Below, in pieces: positions 27,805 to 36,146 of a stretch of DNA of 64,000 nt (positions are counted from its first letter, which is position 1; every line of letters begins with the position of its first letter). The DNA lies in the IMG/VR virus record IMGVR_UViG_3300025012_000032. One strand, given 5' to 3'. A model generated the notes under the pieces. The model had not been told where the DNA came from. It ran no database searches and worked only from the letters and a program-made list of their open reading frames with translations. A program made the translations under genes and the position numbers. Source of the DNA: a virus (Duplodnaviria; Heunggongvirae; Uroviricota; Caudoviricetes).

Positions 27805-28245
27805 ATGAAAAGTATTTTTAAAGGAAAACATGTTAAAAAGGTATATGAATTTGAATCATATTTATACAAAGATGCTAAAATTCCATATGTAATTCTTACC
27901 AGATCAATAGTAAATTATGAAACAATTTTAGAAACAGAGTTAGATACACCTCCTCTTGATAGTGGAGATCAATTCTACTTAACAAAAGAAGATAAAATTA
28001 TAAAAGTGGAAAGTGTATTACGAGGAACAGATAATGTTATGGTTTATCTTACAGATGTGGTTTTGAGTGAAATAGAAGAATTAGAAGAATCACTAAAAGT
28101 AGCAATTGCAAAAAGAGAAGAGTATTTAATTAAAAAAGAGCAGAGTGACAAAAGATATGTTAAACAACAAGAAATTAGAGATTATAGAGATGAATATAGA
28201 AATGCATTCTTTGTAAGGCGTTTGTTTATGAAGAAGCCAGAATAG
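27805..28245 (+). CDS. Hypothetical protein
   Basis: AAAGAGG RBS. Confidence 0.5.
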   Translation: MKSIFKGKHVKKVYEFESYLYKDAKIPYVILTRSIVNYETILETELDTPPLDSGDQFYLTKEDKIIKVESVLRGTDNVMVYLTDVVLSEIEELEESLKVAIAKREEYLIKKEQSDKRYVKQQEIRDYRDEYRNAFFVRRLFMKKPE

Positions 28246-28298
28246 GATGAATGCAGTATTTGCTTGTATTTAAAAATTAAAATAAGGAGTGATTTATT

Positions 28299-28478
28299 AT
28301 GAAAAAGATTGATTTATTTTTAACATTTGGAGTAGGTTTAATGGTGTTTGCATCTATCTTTAATTATTTTAATGGAGATTATGCTTGGGCATTAACTCAA
28401 TTTAAAATTACATTGGGGTTTGGAGTTGTAGCGTTCCTAAGAAATAGAAATATTAAAAATAATTGGTGTACAAAATGA
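28299..28478 (+). CDS. Small membrane protein (59 aa, two hydrophobic segments)
   Basis: TAAGGAGTGAT RBS followed by ATG. The ORF is below the track cutoff. Confidence 0.4.
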   Translation: MKKIDLFLTFGVGLMVFASIFNYFNGDYAWALTQFKITLGFGVVAFLRNRNIKNNWCTK

Positions 28479-28642
28479 TAAAAGATGGATTAACAAACAA
28501 ACATCTTCAAATTATTCGTGAAGGAATTATTATGCTAGAATGTTGCTCATGTTCATTAATTAAAGATTGTCAACAAAGTGGAAATACTTTTTGTAGTGAT
28601 ATTGGAAACTGGTTAAGAAAACAAGAGGAGGAAAATAATTAA
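28475..28642 (+). CDS. Small Cys-rich peptide (55 aa, ECCSCS...C...C)
   Basis: Short ORF overlapping the upstream stop. Coordinates are approximate. Confidence 0.3.
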   Translation: MIKDGLTNKHLQIIREGIIMLECCSCSLIKDCQQSGNTFCSDIGNWLRKQEEENN

Positions 28643-28974
28643 TGAAATGTGAATTATGTTTACTCCGAGGTGAAGATGAGGATGTAGAAGACCTTGACTT
28701 GCAACTAAATGTTACCGAACATCATTATCAAAAATTCAATATAAAAGATGATGGGACTTTAGAATACATAGACTCTGATGCAGATCAAGAAATGTATTTA
28801 GAATGCCCTTTATGTGGTACAAAATATGATATCGGTGTAGATTATCAGAGTTTCGCTTTACAGATGGAAGAGCGACACGTTATTACAAGATTGGATTTAA
28901 TAGGGAATTACAGAAATAATAATCCAATTGTTAATCTTAATGATTATAAAATTACTGAGAGGAAAGGTAATTAA
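28642..28974 (+). CDS. Hypothetical protein with CxxC...CxxC (CELC...CPLCG)
   Basis: GAGGAGGAAAA RBS. Confidence 0.5.
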   Translation: MKCELCLLRGEDEDVEDLDLQLNVTEHHYQKFNIKDDGTLEYIDSDADQEMYLECPLCGTKYDIGVDYQSFALQMEERHVITRLDLIGNYRNNNPIVNLNDYKITERKGN

Positions 28975-28976
28975 AT

Positions 28977-29294
28977 ATGGAAATTTTAGAATTACATGAT
29001 CATGTTTATGATTGCTACACAAACAAAGTTAAAGGCAATAAACTACTCACATATGAAATGGTTCAAAGAAAATTAACTAGAAATTATCATCTCTCCAAGA
29101 AGGTAAAATTAGGTTCACAAGAATTATGCCTCTACGGATGCCTTACCTTTCTAGTAAGTGAAGGTTGCGTCTTATGGATTAAGAATTACATCGGAACAGA
29201 TACCTCTTGGTTTATAAAGGATATGAAGAAATACAATAAACTGAATGAGCAATTAGGAATCGACAATAATTCAAGAGAATTAAAGCTTGACTAA
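28977..29294 (+). CDS. Hypothetical protein
   Basis: GAGGAAAGG RBS. Confidence 0.45.
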   Translation: MEILELHDHVYDCYTNKVKGNKLLTYEMVQRKLTRNYHLSKKVKLGSQELCLYGCLTFLVSEGCVLWIKNYIGTDTSWFIKDMKKYNKLNEQLGIDNNSRELKLD

Positions 29295-29336
29295 ATGCAA
29301 AAATAAATATATAATGAAAGAGAGGAAGATTATTAA

Positions 29337-29870
29337 TTGAATAATATGAACAAAATCATGATGCTTAAAGCAAATAGCCCTGCAATACATAAAACAGGTG
29401 ATATTAGTAGAAAATGTGATGACAAAATTAGAATCCATTCAGAAGATGATACATATTACATAGGAAACTTTGAAGAAGGTTATGGATTTATTAATGTAAA
29501 ATTTAACAAGTCAGATTGCAGGTCATTAACTTTAGAAGAAAGAGAAAATCTTAATGGCAGTTGGTATGGAATCAATGGAACTCCATTATATAGGATTTAT
29601 GTTGACGAAGAAGGGAATGTGGTAAATGGAAAAGTTTTGACAGTAAAAGGTGTTATTAATAAAGTTACTGATTCTTTAGGCAATGATAAACATAGTAATT
29701 TTATTAATTTGTCAGTTGAATTTGGTGAAGATATATTGATTGGTAGAAGTGTGGTCATGTTAACTGCTAAAGGCCCAATTACTACTTCAAGAGTGACTAA
29801 TGTAGATATTCATGAAAAGCAATATATAATTTATACCAACAACAGTATTTATTATATCGAGGTAGTTTAA
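29337..29870 (+). CDS. Hypothetical protein
   Basis: AGAGAGGAAGA RBS with a TTG start (per the track). Confidence 0.5.
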   Translation: MNNMNKIMMLKANSPAIHKTGDISRKCDDKIRIHSEDDTYYIGNFEEGYGFINVKFNKSDCRSLTLEERENLNGSWYGINGTPLYRIYVDEEGNVVNGKVLTVKGVINKVTDSLGNDKHSNFINLSVEFGEDILIGRSVVMLTAKGPITTSRVTNVDIHEKQYIIYTNNSIYYIEVV

Positions 29871-30068
29871 TGGCTGAAATAATATTAGCATATTTTAAAA
29901 GGAAGCAGATAAAGAAGTAGTTAGAAAAACTAAAGCAAAAGAGAAAGATATTAGAGGATACATAATTGATTGTGTTTATAAAAAGCAAAAGAAGAGAAGA
30001 AAGTATATGGGGAGGTAGTGAATAGTCTAGACAAATAAATTTAAGATTTATTGGGAAAGGAGAGTAAT

Positions 30069-30365
30069 ATGAAGAAACTTACCTATATAATATTGCCAAT
30101 TATTTTATCAATTGGTTTAACTGGTTGTGGTGGTAAGGGTACGAATGTAACTAGAATAAATCAATATGATGGAGTTAAGGTCGTATTTACAGAAGGTGTA
30201 GCCAATCAATATGCTAATTATAGTTGGTTGCTTAGAGATTGGGACTTCACAGAAAAAGGAATTGAAGAGATAGTCAAACTTAATCCTAAAAATGGAGATA
30301 GAGTTAAAGTAAATACTGTAGGATTTTTTAATATAAAAATTGACCATATTGAATTAGTACCATAA
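30069..30365 (+). CDS. Lipoprotein (signal peptide plus lipobox LTGC)
   Basis: GGAAAGGAGAG RBS followed by ATG at 30069. N-terminus MKKLTYIILPIILSIGLTGCGG. Confidence 0.6.
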   Translation: MKKLTYIILPIILSIGLTGCGGKGTNVTRINQYDGVKVVFTEGVANQYANYSWLLRDWDFTEKGIEEIVKLNPKNGDRVKVNTVGFFNIKIDHIELVP

Positions 30366-30387
30366 ATAAAAAGAAAAGGAGAATAAT

Positions 30388-30564
30388 ATGAAAAAGTTTG
30401 CAGTCGAAATGGCAGTAGGTTATTGTGCTAGTTTAGTAGTCGAAGCAGATAATGAAATAATGGCCATTAAAGTAGCAAAAGCAATGTTATTGGATAATCC
30501 CACAGATTATTATGATGGAAATTTAGAGATAGAAGAGATTAATTATGTTGCTGAAGTAAAATAA
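30388..30564 (+). CDS. Hypothetical small protein (58 aa)
   Basis: AAAAGGAGAATAAT RBS followed by ATG. Confidence 0.35.
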   Translation: MKKFAVEMAVGYCASLVVEADNEIMAIKVAKAMLLDNPTDYYDGNLEIEEINYVAEVK

Positions 30565-30580
30565 GAAAGGATGTGCTAAT

Positions 30581-30865
30581 ATGGTAGTATCATGCAGGTA
30601 TGATGATATTGATGTTAAAATAATCAAAATTGATAAAGTACAAACTGAAAGAACTTTTAATGGTAGAACAATAGTATATGGAACAATCGAGGTAAAACCA
30701 GAAGGTGAAGAAAGCTTTCTTGAAGATTTTATTTATAAAGGTAAATCAGGAGAACCCAAATCAAAAATTATTGAGTATACAAGGCAAATTGGAATTGAAG
30801 CATATAAAAGCAGATTAAAGAAACAAGATCAAACATTATTAGATTACGTGAATAGTTTTCAATAA
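30581..30865 (+). CDS. Hypothetical protein
   Basis: GAAAGGATGTG RBS. Confidence 0.5.
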   Translation: MVVSCRYDDIDVKIIKIDKVQTERTFNGRTIVYGTIEVKPEGEESFLEDFIYKGKSGEPKSKIIEYTRQIGIEAYKSRLKKQDQTLLDYVNSFQ

Positions 30866-30885
30866 TTGAAAAGGAAGTGTAAAAT

Positions 30886-31386
30886 ATGTTAACATCTACA
30901 ATCGTAATTTCGGGTTTAATTGTCTTAGGCGTAGGTAGTTCTATATGGTTTGCTTCTCAAAGAAAGAAAAATGAAGAGTTTAAAAAGGAAGTCAATTTCT
31001 CTAAAAGTAAACCATATGAATTCAAGAGTCAAAACACTCCTACATACAATCCAATTCAAAACTCAACTACAAGACTAACACCTTCTCCCTTAAAAAGTTC
31101 GACAACTATTTATAGAAGTAATAATCATACTAATAATACATCAGATTTATTAAACACCGTCATTGCAGTTGACGTTATAGATAGTTTGTCAGATGATCAT
31201 AAACATTCTTATCATCATTCTACGCCTTCTTATGAATCATATAGTCATGATAGTGGTTCTTCGCATAGCTCTTATGATTCTGGTGGAAGTTATGACTCAG
31301 GGAGTTGTGACTGTGGTTCTCATAGTTCATATGATTCTGGTGGAGGTTATGACTCAGGAAGTTGTGATTGTGGAGGATGTGATTAA
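30886..31386 (+). CDS. Membrane-anchored protein with a Ser/Gly/Asp/Cys-rich repetitive C-terminus (SYDSGGSYDSGSCDCGS x2)
   Basis: N-terminal TM segment LTSTIVISGLIVLGVGSSIWFA. Low-complexity Ser/Thr/Asn linker. Duplicated Cys-containing C-terminal repeat. Confidence 0.55.
   Translation: MLTSTIVISGLIVLGVGSSIWFASQRKKNEEFKKEVNFSKSKPYEFKSQNTPTYNPIQNSTTRLTPSPLKSSTTIYRSNNHTNNTSDLLNTVIAVDVIDSLSDDHKHSYHHSTPSYESYSHDSGSSHSSYDSGGSYDSGSCDCGSHSSYDSGGGYDSGSCDCGGCD
31264..31377 (+). repeat. Tandem direct repeat, 2 x 57 bp (about 88% identity), inside the 30886..31386 CDS
   Basis: Unit 1 is 31264..31320 and unit 2 is 31321..31377. They encode HSSYDSGG(S/G)YDSGSCDCG. Confidence 0.7.
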
Positions 31387-31429
31387 AACCTCGGAAATGT
31401 AGTACTTATTTGATTAAGGAAAGGTGGTG

Positions 31430-31573
31430 ATGATATATATGTTTGTAATATTCATTCTTGCAATAGTTGCCATAGTACTATTTTTAGCAATACCATTATA
31501 CTCAAAAATAGGCCAGAAAGTTGAACAAGTAGAAAATAAAATTAAAGAGGAGATTAAAAATAATGAGAAATAA
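31430..31573 (+). CDS. Small single-pass membrane protein (47 aa)
   Basis: AAGGTGGTG RBS followed by ATG. Hydrophobic core FVIFILAIVAIVLFLAIPL. Its stop overlaps the SPFH gene's start. Confidence 0.4.
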   Translation: MIYMFVIFILAIVAIVLFLAIPLYSKIGQKVEQVENKIKEEIKNNEK

Positions 31574-32471
31574 TTTTGAAATCGGAGATATTTTTGGTAA
31601 TAAATTCACTAAAGGTTTAATCACAGTTGGAGTATCAGCAGTTGTTTTACTCGCAGGTTTTGCTTTATCTACTACAAAAATTAATCCTGGTCATGCAGGA
31701 ATTGTTTATAATGTATCTGGTGGTTTAGAAGATATTACATTGAGTCAAGGATGGCATATTGTAGCACCTTGGAAAAGCGTAAGAGAATATCCAATTTCTA
31801 CAGAAACAGTGTGGTTAACTAAAGGTGCAACTGAAGGTTCACCTAATGATGATTCATATAATACCTCTACAATGGAAGGTAAGCCAGTTAATGTTGATGC
31901 TTACTTTACATATCATGTGAATGTAGAAAAATTACCTGCTATTTTTAATCGTTTCAAAGGTGCAGATATTGAATCTATTCAATCAGGATATTTAAAGCAA
32001 CAAGTCAAAACAGCATCACAATCTGTTACATCTAGTTATAGCGTTCTTGATTTATATGGTAATAAACGTTCAGAAATACAAAATAAAATTCATGATATAT
32101 TGATTAAAGAATTAACTCCATTTGGTTTAGAGGTCGAAACGTTTAGTTTTGGAGAAATTCGTCCTGATGCTGATACTATGAAAGCAATTCAAGCAAAAGT
32201 TGATGCACAGCAAAAACTTCAACAAATGGAAATTGAATTATCACAATCTACAGTTACAGCAAATAAAGCAAGGGTTGATGCTCAAGGGGTAGCTGATGCA
32301 GCAGTTATCAAAGCAAAAGGTGAAGCAGAAGCTAATAATCTATTACAAGCATCTTTAACTGATACACTTGTTAAATATCAAACTGTATTGAAATGGAATG
32401 GAGCATATCCTCAAGTTGTTGGTGGAAATCAGATTATTAGTTTACCAATGACTGATACATCAGGAAAATAA
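31563..32471 (+). CDS. SPFH/band-7 (HflK/C, prohibitin-like) domain protein with an N-terminal TM segment
   Basis: An N-terminal TM segment is followed by PGHAGIVYNVSGG...GWHIVAPW...REYPISTET, a typical SPFH core. The C-terminus is coiled-coil and Ala/Gln-rich. Confidence 0.7.
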   Translation: MRNNFEIGDIFGNKFTKGLITVGVSAVVLLAGFALSTTKINPGHAGIVYNVSGGLEDITLSQGWHIVAPWKSVREYPISTETVWLTKGATEGSPNDDSYNTSTMEGKPVNVDAYFTYHVNVEKLPAIFNRFKGADIESIQSGYLKQQVKTASQSVTSSYSVLDLYGNKRSEIQNKIHDILIKELTPFGLEVETFSFGEIRPDADTMKAIQAKVDAQQKLQQMEIELSQSTVTANKARVDAQGVADAAVIKAKGEAEANNLLQASLTDTLVKYQTVLKWNGAYPQVVGGNQIISLPMTDTSGK

Positions 32472-32504
32472 TAATAATTTTTAAAAAGAAAGAGGTAATA
32501 AATA

Positions 32505-32813
32505 ATGTTTAATAAATTAATCGAAATGATAATGTCAAATCCTAAATTAGCAAAACCAATGGTTAGTGAATTGGTAGATCAATACAAACCATTGTTGTAT
32601 GGAATTGCTGAAGAAATCTTTAACATCTATAAAGATTATGCGAATAATACTGAATATTTTGCTACTACTGCAACTGCTAGAAAGAATCAATATGATGCAT
32701 ATATTAATGTAGGGTTTTCAGATGAACAATCTATGAGTTTAGTGCTGAATGATGCAAAGAAATTACAAGATAGTTTAAATAAATTATCTTCTGGGGTAAA
32801 ATCTAAAAAATAA
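32505..32813 (+). CDS. Hypothetical protein
   Basis: AAAGAGG RBS. Confidence 0.5.
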   Translation: MFNKLIEMIMSNPKLAKPMVSELVDQYKPLLYGIAEEIFNIYKDYANNTEYFATTATARKNQYDAYINVGFSDEQSMSLVLNDAKKLQDSLNKLSSGVKSKK

Positions 32814-32823
32814 TAATAGGGAT

Positions 32824-32851
32824 AAGGGGAGAGCAACAAATATCTCCCCTT
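32824..32851 (+). terminator. Terminator-like hairpin AAGGGGAGA-loop-TCTCCCCTT
   Basis: 9-bp GC-rich stem just after the stop codon. Confidence 0.45.
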
Positions 32852-32886
32852 ACATCCAAATAAATTTTAATTAGAGGTGATATTTA

Positions 32887-33108
32887 ATTAAAATCGAGTT
32901 TAAAAATGGAAGCGAAATAGAATGTTTTGAATCAGGTGCTAATAGCAGAGGATATAGAAGCACATTAATTAGTTTTTATTGTTTACAATGTAACACTATT
33001 CATGTAGACTACCCGATATCTAAAATTATGTCTATTAGTGAATCGTTTTCAATATGTAAAGAAAGTTATGAAAAGATATTAGAACCATATTTAAATGAAA
33101 ATAATTAG
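32887..33108 (+). CDS. Possible Cys-containing small protein (...IECFESG...FYCLQCNTIH...) with no ATG/GTG/TTG start. The candidate start is ATT or ATC behind a GAGGTGAT RBS.
   Basis: A 75-codon open frame begins right after the TGA at 32878-80. The RBS GAGGTGA is 6 nt upstream of ATT. A CxxC-type motif is present. Confidence 0.3.
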   Translation: MKIEFKNGSEIECFESGANSRGYRSTLISFYCLQCNTIHVDYPISKIMSISESFSICKESYEKILEPYLNENN

Positions 33109-33122
33109 AAAGGAGTAATAAA

Positions 33123-33308
33123 ATGAATTTAAAGAAAGCGCAAGCAACCAAAGGTGGTAAAATCCATATTGCATATCTAAAATCTAATATGAGTTTATGT
33201 TTACAATATGTCGGTGAAGATGTTCAAAATATTCAAGATAAGAATGTTACTTGCAAAAGATGTATAAAGGCATATGCAAAAATTAAAGGAAATGAGGAAC
33301 GGAGTTAA
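33123..33308 (+). CDS. Hypothetical small protein (C...CKRC)
   Basis: AAAGGAG RBS. Confidence 0.45.
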   Translation: MNLKKAQATKGGKIHIAYLKSNMSLCLQYVGEDVQNIQDKNVTCKRCIKAYAKIKGNEERS

Positions 33309-33321
33309 ATATAAAAATATG

Positions 33322-33350
33322 TTGACATATATTTAGAAAAATGTTATAGT
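33322..33350 (+). promoter_or_regulatory. Sigma-A-type promoter: TTGACA, 17-nt spacer, TGtTATAGT
   Basis: Consensus -35 and a TG-extended -10. Confidence 0.5.
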
Positions 33351-33389
33351 TATTATGAGTCAAAAAATTAAAAGAAAGGAGAATAAATT

Positions 33390-33782
33390 ATGAAAATATC
33401 AAATTTTACAGACATTTTCAAAACTATACAAACTAAATTTCCAATTGAAGAATGCATAGAGAAAGACAAGAAAGAAGAAGCAATATATAATTCAAAAAAT
33501 AAATATATCTGTATGATTATAGACAAAAGATTTAAAGATAATGTAGAATTAAAAATTATGACACCTTACATATGGGTAGGAAATGAATCAATACATTCAG
33601 GGCATGAAGATTTTAAAGACTTTGTTGGTTATGGATGGATTGATGAAAATGGTTATTATATTGATAACTTTGAAAATCCCATACATGTTATTGATGATGA
33701 AATTGTAATAGGATTTGTTCCGTATGAAGATAAAAATAGTGACGATTTGAAATTATGGGATATTGTAAAGGAAGAAGATTAG
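33390..33782 (+). CDS. Hypothetical protein
   Basis: GAAAGGAGAATAAA RBS. Confidence 0.5.
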   Translation: MKISNFTDIFKTIQTKFPIEECIEKDKKEEAIYNSKNKYICMIIDKRFKDNVELKIMTPYIWVGNESIHSGHEDFKDFVGYGWIDENGYYIDNFENPIHVIDDEIVIGFVPYEDKNSDDLKLWDIVKEED

Positions 33783-33820
33783 TAAATATTTTAGATGTGA
33801 ATTGAGGTGATTAATTTTCA

Positions 33821-34381
33821 TTGAGTTTTAACAGACCAAAAAATGAAACTGAAACACATTTCTTATTAAAAGAAATCAGTAAATACATACTTTTCGGTTG
33901 GGGTTATAAAATGTTGGCTACTGAAGTACATGGTATGTGGGATTTAGATATTGGTAAGAAACGAAAAGAAATAATTGATTGTGTTGGACTCAAAAAGATT
34001 TCAGATGGTAGAGGCAAATATCATTATGATATGAAAGGTATTGAAGCAAAAGCAAGTTTAAGTGATTTTAATAATGGATTTTGTTGTTCAAGTGCAATGA
34101 GTTATGTAATAAGTACAGTAAACACTATCCCTATTAATCTTCTACCTCAGTCTGTAGGATTAATTGAAGTAGATTTTGATATTTTTGAGTTAAAGAAATA
34201 TTCACAAAGAATTCCCGATATGCAGGGTGTTGGATTGGTTAAGAGAGCTAAGAGAAAAGTTGATTCAAGGTTTAAATCAGAGGAATCATATCGTAAATGG
34301 TGTGCTGATAGTTTGGAAAGAATTGCTTATAGAAGTAGTAGTGAATTGTTGTTTTGGAGAAATTATATAGAGTTTAGTTGA
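33821..34381 (+). CDS. Hypothetical protein (possible nuclease-like fold, unverified)
   Basis: TTG start per the track. The translation contains acidic/Lys patterns (WDLDIGKK...EIIDCVGLKK) that could be a PD-(D/E)xK motif. This is weak. Confidence 0.45.
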   Translation: MSFNRPKNETETHFLLKEISKYILFGWGYKMLATEVHGMWDLDIGKKRKEIIDCVGLKKISDGRGKYHYDMKGIEAKASLSDFNNGFCCSSAMSYVISTVNTIPINLLPQSVGLIEVDFDIFELKKYSQRIPDMQGVGLVKRAKRKVDSRFKSEESYRKWCADSLERIAYRSSSELLFWRNYIEFS

Positions 34382-34418
34382 TAATAAATAAATAAAGAAA
34401 TATATTGGAGGGAATATA

Positions 34419-34550
34419 ATGGCAACTTTTATGAGTTATACGGTATTTTGTAATTGTAAATCAGAAAATATAAGGTCTTTAGATGATGCAGATCATGGAT
34501 ATGATAGTTATGCAAGATATGAGTGTTTAGATTGCGGAAAATACATTTGA
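34419..34550 (+). CDS. Small zinc-ribbon peptide (43 aa, CNCK...CLDCG)
   Basis: GGAGGGAATAT RBS followed by ATG. The ORF is below the track cutoff. Confidence 0.35.
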   Translation: MATFMSYTVFCNCKSENIRSLDDADHGYDSYARYECLDCGKYI

Positions 34551-34624
34551 AATTATGCTTCCACAATAATCAGTTCAAAGTTCAGTTTTATCGGTAAAAT
34601 ATAAAACAAAGGAGGTAATAAATA

Positions 34625-34900
34625 ATGGCAAAGTTTGTTCAGATTTATGAAAACCGTGTTGAAAAATCTATCTTAACTTTTAGAGGTCAAGAGTTCACTT
34701 GTACTATGATTGAGGATGAAGATAGGGGAGGTGCAAGGAGTTTAGAAAAATCATTAGATACTCAAATTGAATTAGCGTTTCCAAATGATGAAAATATTGA
34801 GGAAATTTGTGAATTAGTTTGTGAGATTGAAATGGATGATCTTATGAGATTAGATGATTTAGAAGAACTAGAAAACTTTGAGCAAAATTCATTTAAATAA
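34625..34900 (+). CDS. Strongly acidic small protein
   Basis: AAAGGAGG RBS. Glu/Asp-rich C-terminus (DDLMRLDDLEELENFEQ). Confidence 0.5.
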   Translation: MAKFVQIYENRVEKSILTFRGQEFTCTMIEDEDRGGARSLEKSLDTQIELAFPNDENIEEICELVCEIEMDDLMRLDDLEELENFEQNSFK

Positions 34901-34934
34901 CTAAAGTTTAATGATATTATTAAGGAGGCGAACT

Positions 34935-35099
34935 ATGGACGAAGACTTTATAAAAAATTTAAAAATCTTTATGGAATATTATGAAAAATTAAATAAGTTT
35001 TGCAAAGAAATGTTTAATGATAAATTAATTTCTGACAAAGTTAAAAATATGTATTCTGAAAAGTATAATGCACTAAATATACATAGAATTGGAAAATAA
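34935..35099 (+). CDS. Hypothetical small protein
   Basis: TAAGGAGGCG RBS followed by ATG at 34935. Confidence 0.45.
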   Translation: MDEDFIKNLKIFMEYYEKLNKFCKEMFNDKLISDKVKNMYSEKYNALNIHRIGK

Positions 35100-35107
35100 T
35101 TAAGGAG

Positions 35108-35293
35108 GTGATAATCATAAGAAAAGTAAAATTTCTAAAAGATTTTAATTCATTTAAGAAAGACACTTATAGAGTTATTATGGAAGAAACTGCATTGCAT
35201 TATCGTATTCAAGTGAATTTGGATAGTGAAGAATTGTATTGGTTGCATAAGGAAGATTGTGGAGATTTGTTTATTGTGGTAGAGAGGAGTTAG
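35108..35293 (+). CDS. Hypothetical small protein
   Basis: TAAGGAGGTGAT RBS. Confidence 0.45.
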   Translation: MIIIRKVKFLKDFNSFKKDTYRVIMEETALHYRIQVNLDSEELYWLHKEDCGDLFIVVERS

Positions 35294-35299
35294 ATTTAG

Positions 35300-35461
35300 A
35301 TGTTAAGTGTATTTGAATTAAGCGAAATCACTAATCATTTAAATTATTTAGTATTGGGAATCAAAGATAATGGATTATCAAAAGAGCAAAATGCAAAAAT
35401 TATGAATCTAAGTGGAAGATGTTTGGATACTATTGATGAAATTGAAGGGAATGATGGTTAA
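35300..35461 (+). CDS. Hypothetical small protein (53 aa)
   Basis: AGAGAGGAG RBS followed by ATG. Confidence 0.35.
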   Translation: MLSVFELSEITNHLNYLVLGIKDNGLSKEQNAKIMNLSGRCLDTIDEIEGNDG

Positions 35462-35462
35462 A

Positions 35463-35906
35463 ATGAAAAAATCTGATTTAAATAGTTCAATGCTTTTCAA
35501 AATGAGAGGAAATGGTTTGTGTGCTCTATTAGATAGGCACGATAATAATGTAAAAGTTTTTTATAATAAAGGCAATATTGTTTGTGGTTCAATTGCTGGT
35601 CAAACTTCAATAGTTGACTATAATGATGATATATCACTTATTGATAATCAGTATGAACATGATACAGAATATGATATTGTTGCTATTAAACAATATGGGA
35701 GTTGCACAAATGTTTTGCGTAAGGTAGTAAATAATGAAGAACCAGAAGAATGGGATTGGGTTGAAGAGGTTGAGAAAGCAGAAGAACTAGAAGTTGGAAA
35801 TACTGTACAAAATATTACAATTAATATTACCATTGATTCAAAAATGAATATTAATGATTTTGTGAAAGAATTATCTTCAAAAATCAAAAATATCAACAAT
35901 TATTAG
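35463..35906 (+). CDS. Hypothetical protein
   Basis: ATG at 35463, in frame within the track ORF 35412..35906. Confidence 0.5.
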   Translation: MKKSDLNSSMLFKMRGNGLCALLDRHDNNVKVFYNKGNIVCGSIAGQTSIVDYNDDISLIDNQYEHDTEYDIVAIKQYGSCTNVLRKVVNNEEPEEWDWVEEVEKAEELEVGNTVQNITINITIDSKMNINDFVKELSSKIKNINNY

Positions 35907-35993
35907 ACCCTCAAGAAATTTTCATTTTATAGGATTATGCCTAAAATGACTATAAACTCTAATTTTAAGCAAAAATCAATAAAATAGTCCTGT

Positions 35994-36014
35994 AACCGTT
36001 GCTATATAAGGGTT
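35994..36014 (+). terminator. Weak terminator-like hairpin AACCGTT-GCTATAT-AAGGGTT. It is a relative of the 8815 and 14032 hairpins.
   Basis: Imperfect inverted repeat followed by TTG. Confidence 0.3.
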
Positions 36015-36116
36015 TGTGGTCATTAAATAAGCATAAATAATTATGTTATATATTCTATCCTATGAAAGTGGAATTTTATTTGGTTTGGTTTTGTCTGAAG
36101 TAATAAATAATATTTG

Positions 36117-36146
36117 TTGACATGTTGAATAATAATATGTTATAAT
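36117..36146 (+). promoter_or_regulatory. Strong sigma-A-type promoter: TTGACA, 18-nt spacer, TGtTATAAT
   Basis: Consensus -35 and a consensus TG-extended -10, about 180 nt upstream of the SSB-like gene. Confidence 0.6.

Noticed and set aside
8255-31402. Track ORFs 8255..8800 (5' part), 9433..9792 (5' part), 13505..14032 (5' part), 19650..19835 and 31193..31402
   Set aside because: Their upstream portions overlap the preceding genes out of frame and have no RBS. Internal ATGs with good SD sequences (8324, 9583, 13676) give the real starts. The 19650 and 31193 ORFs are alternative frames of better-supported genes.
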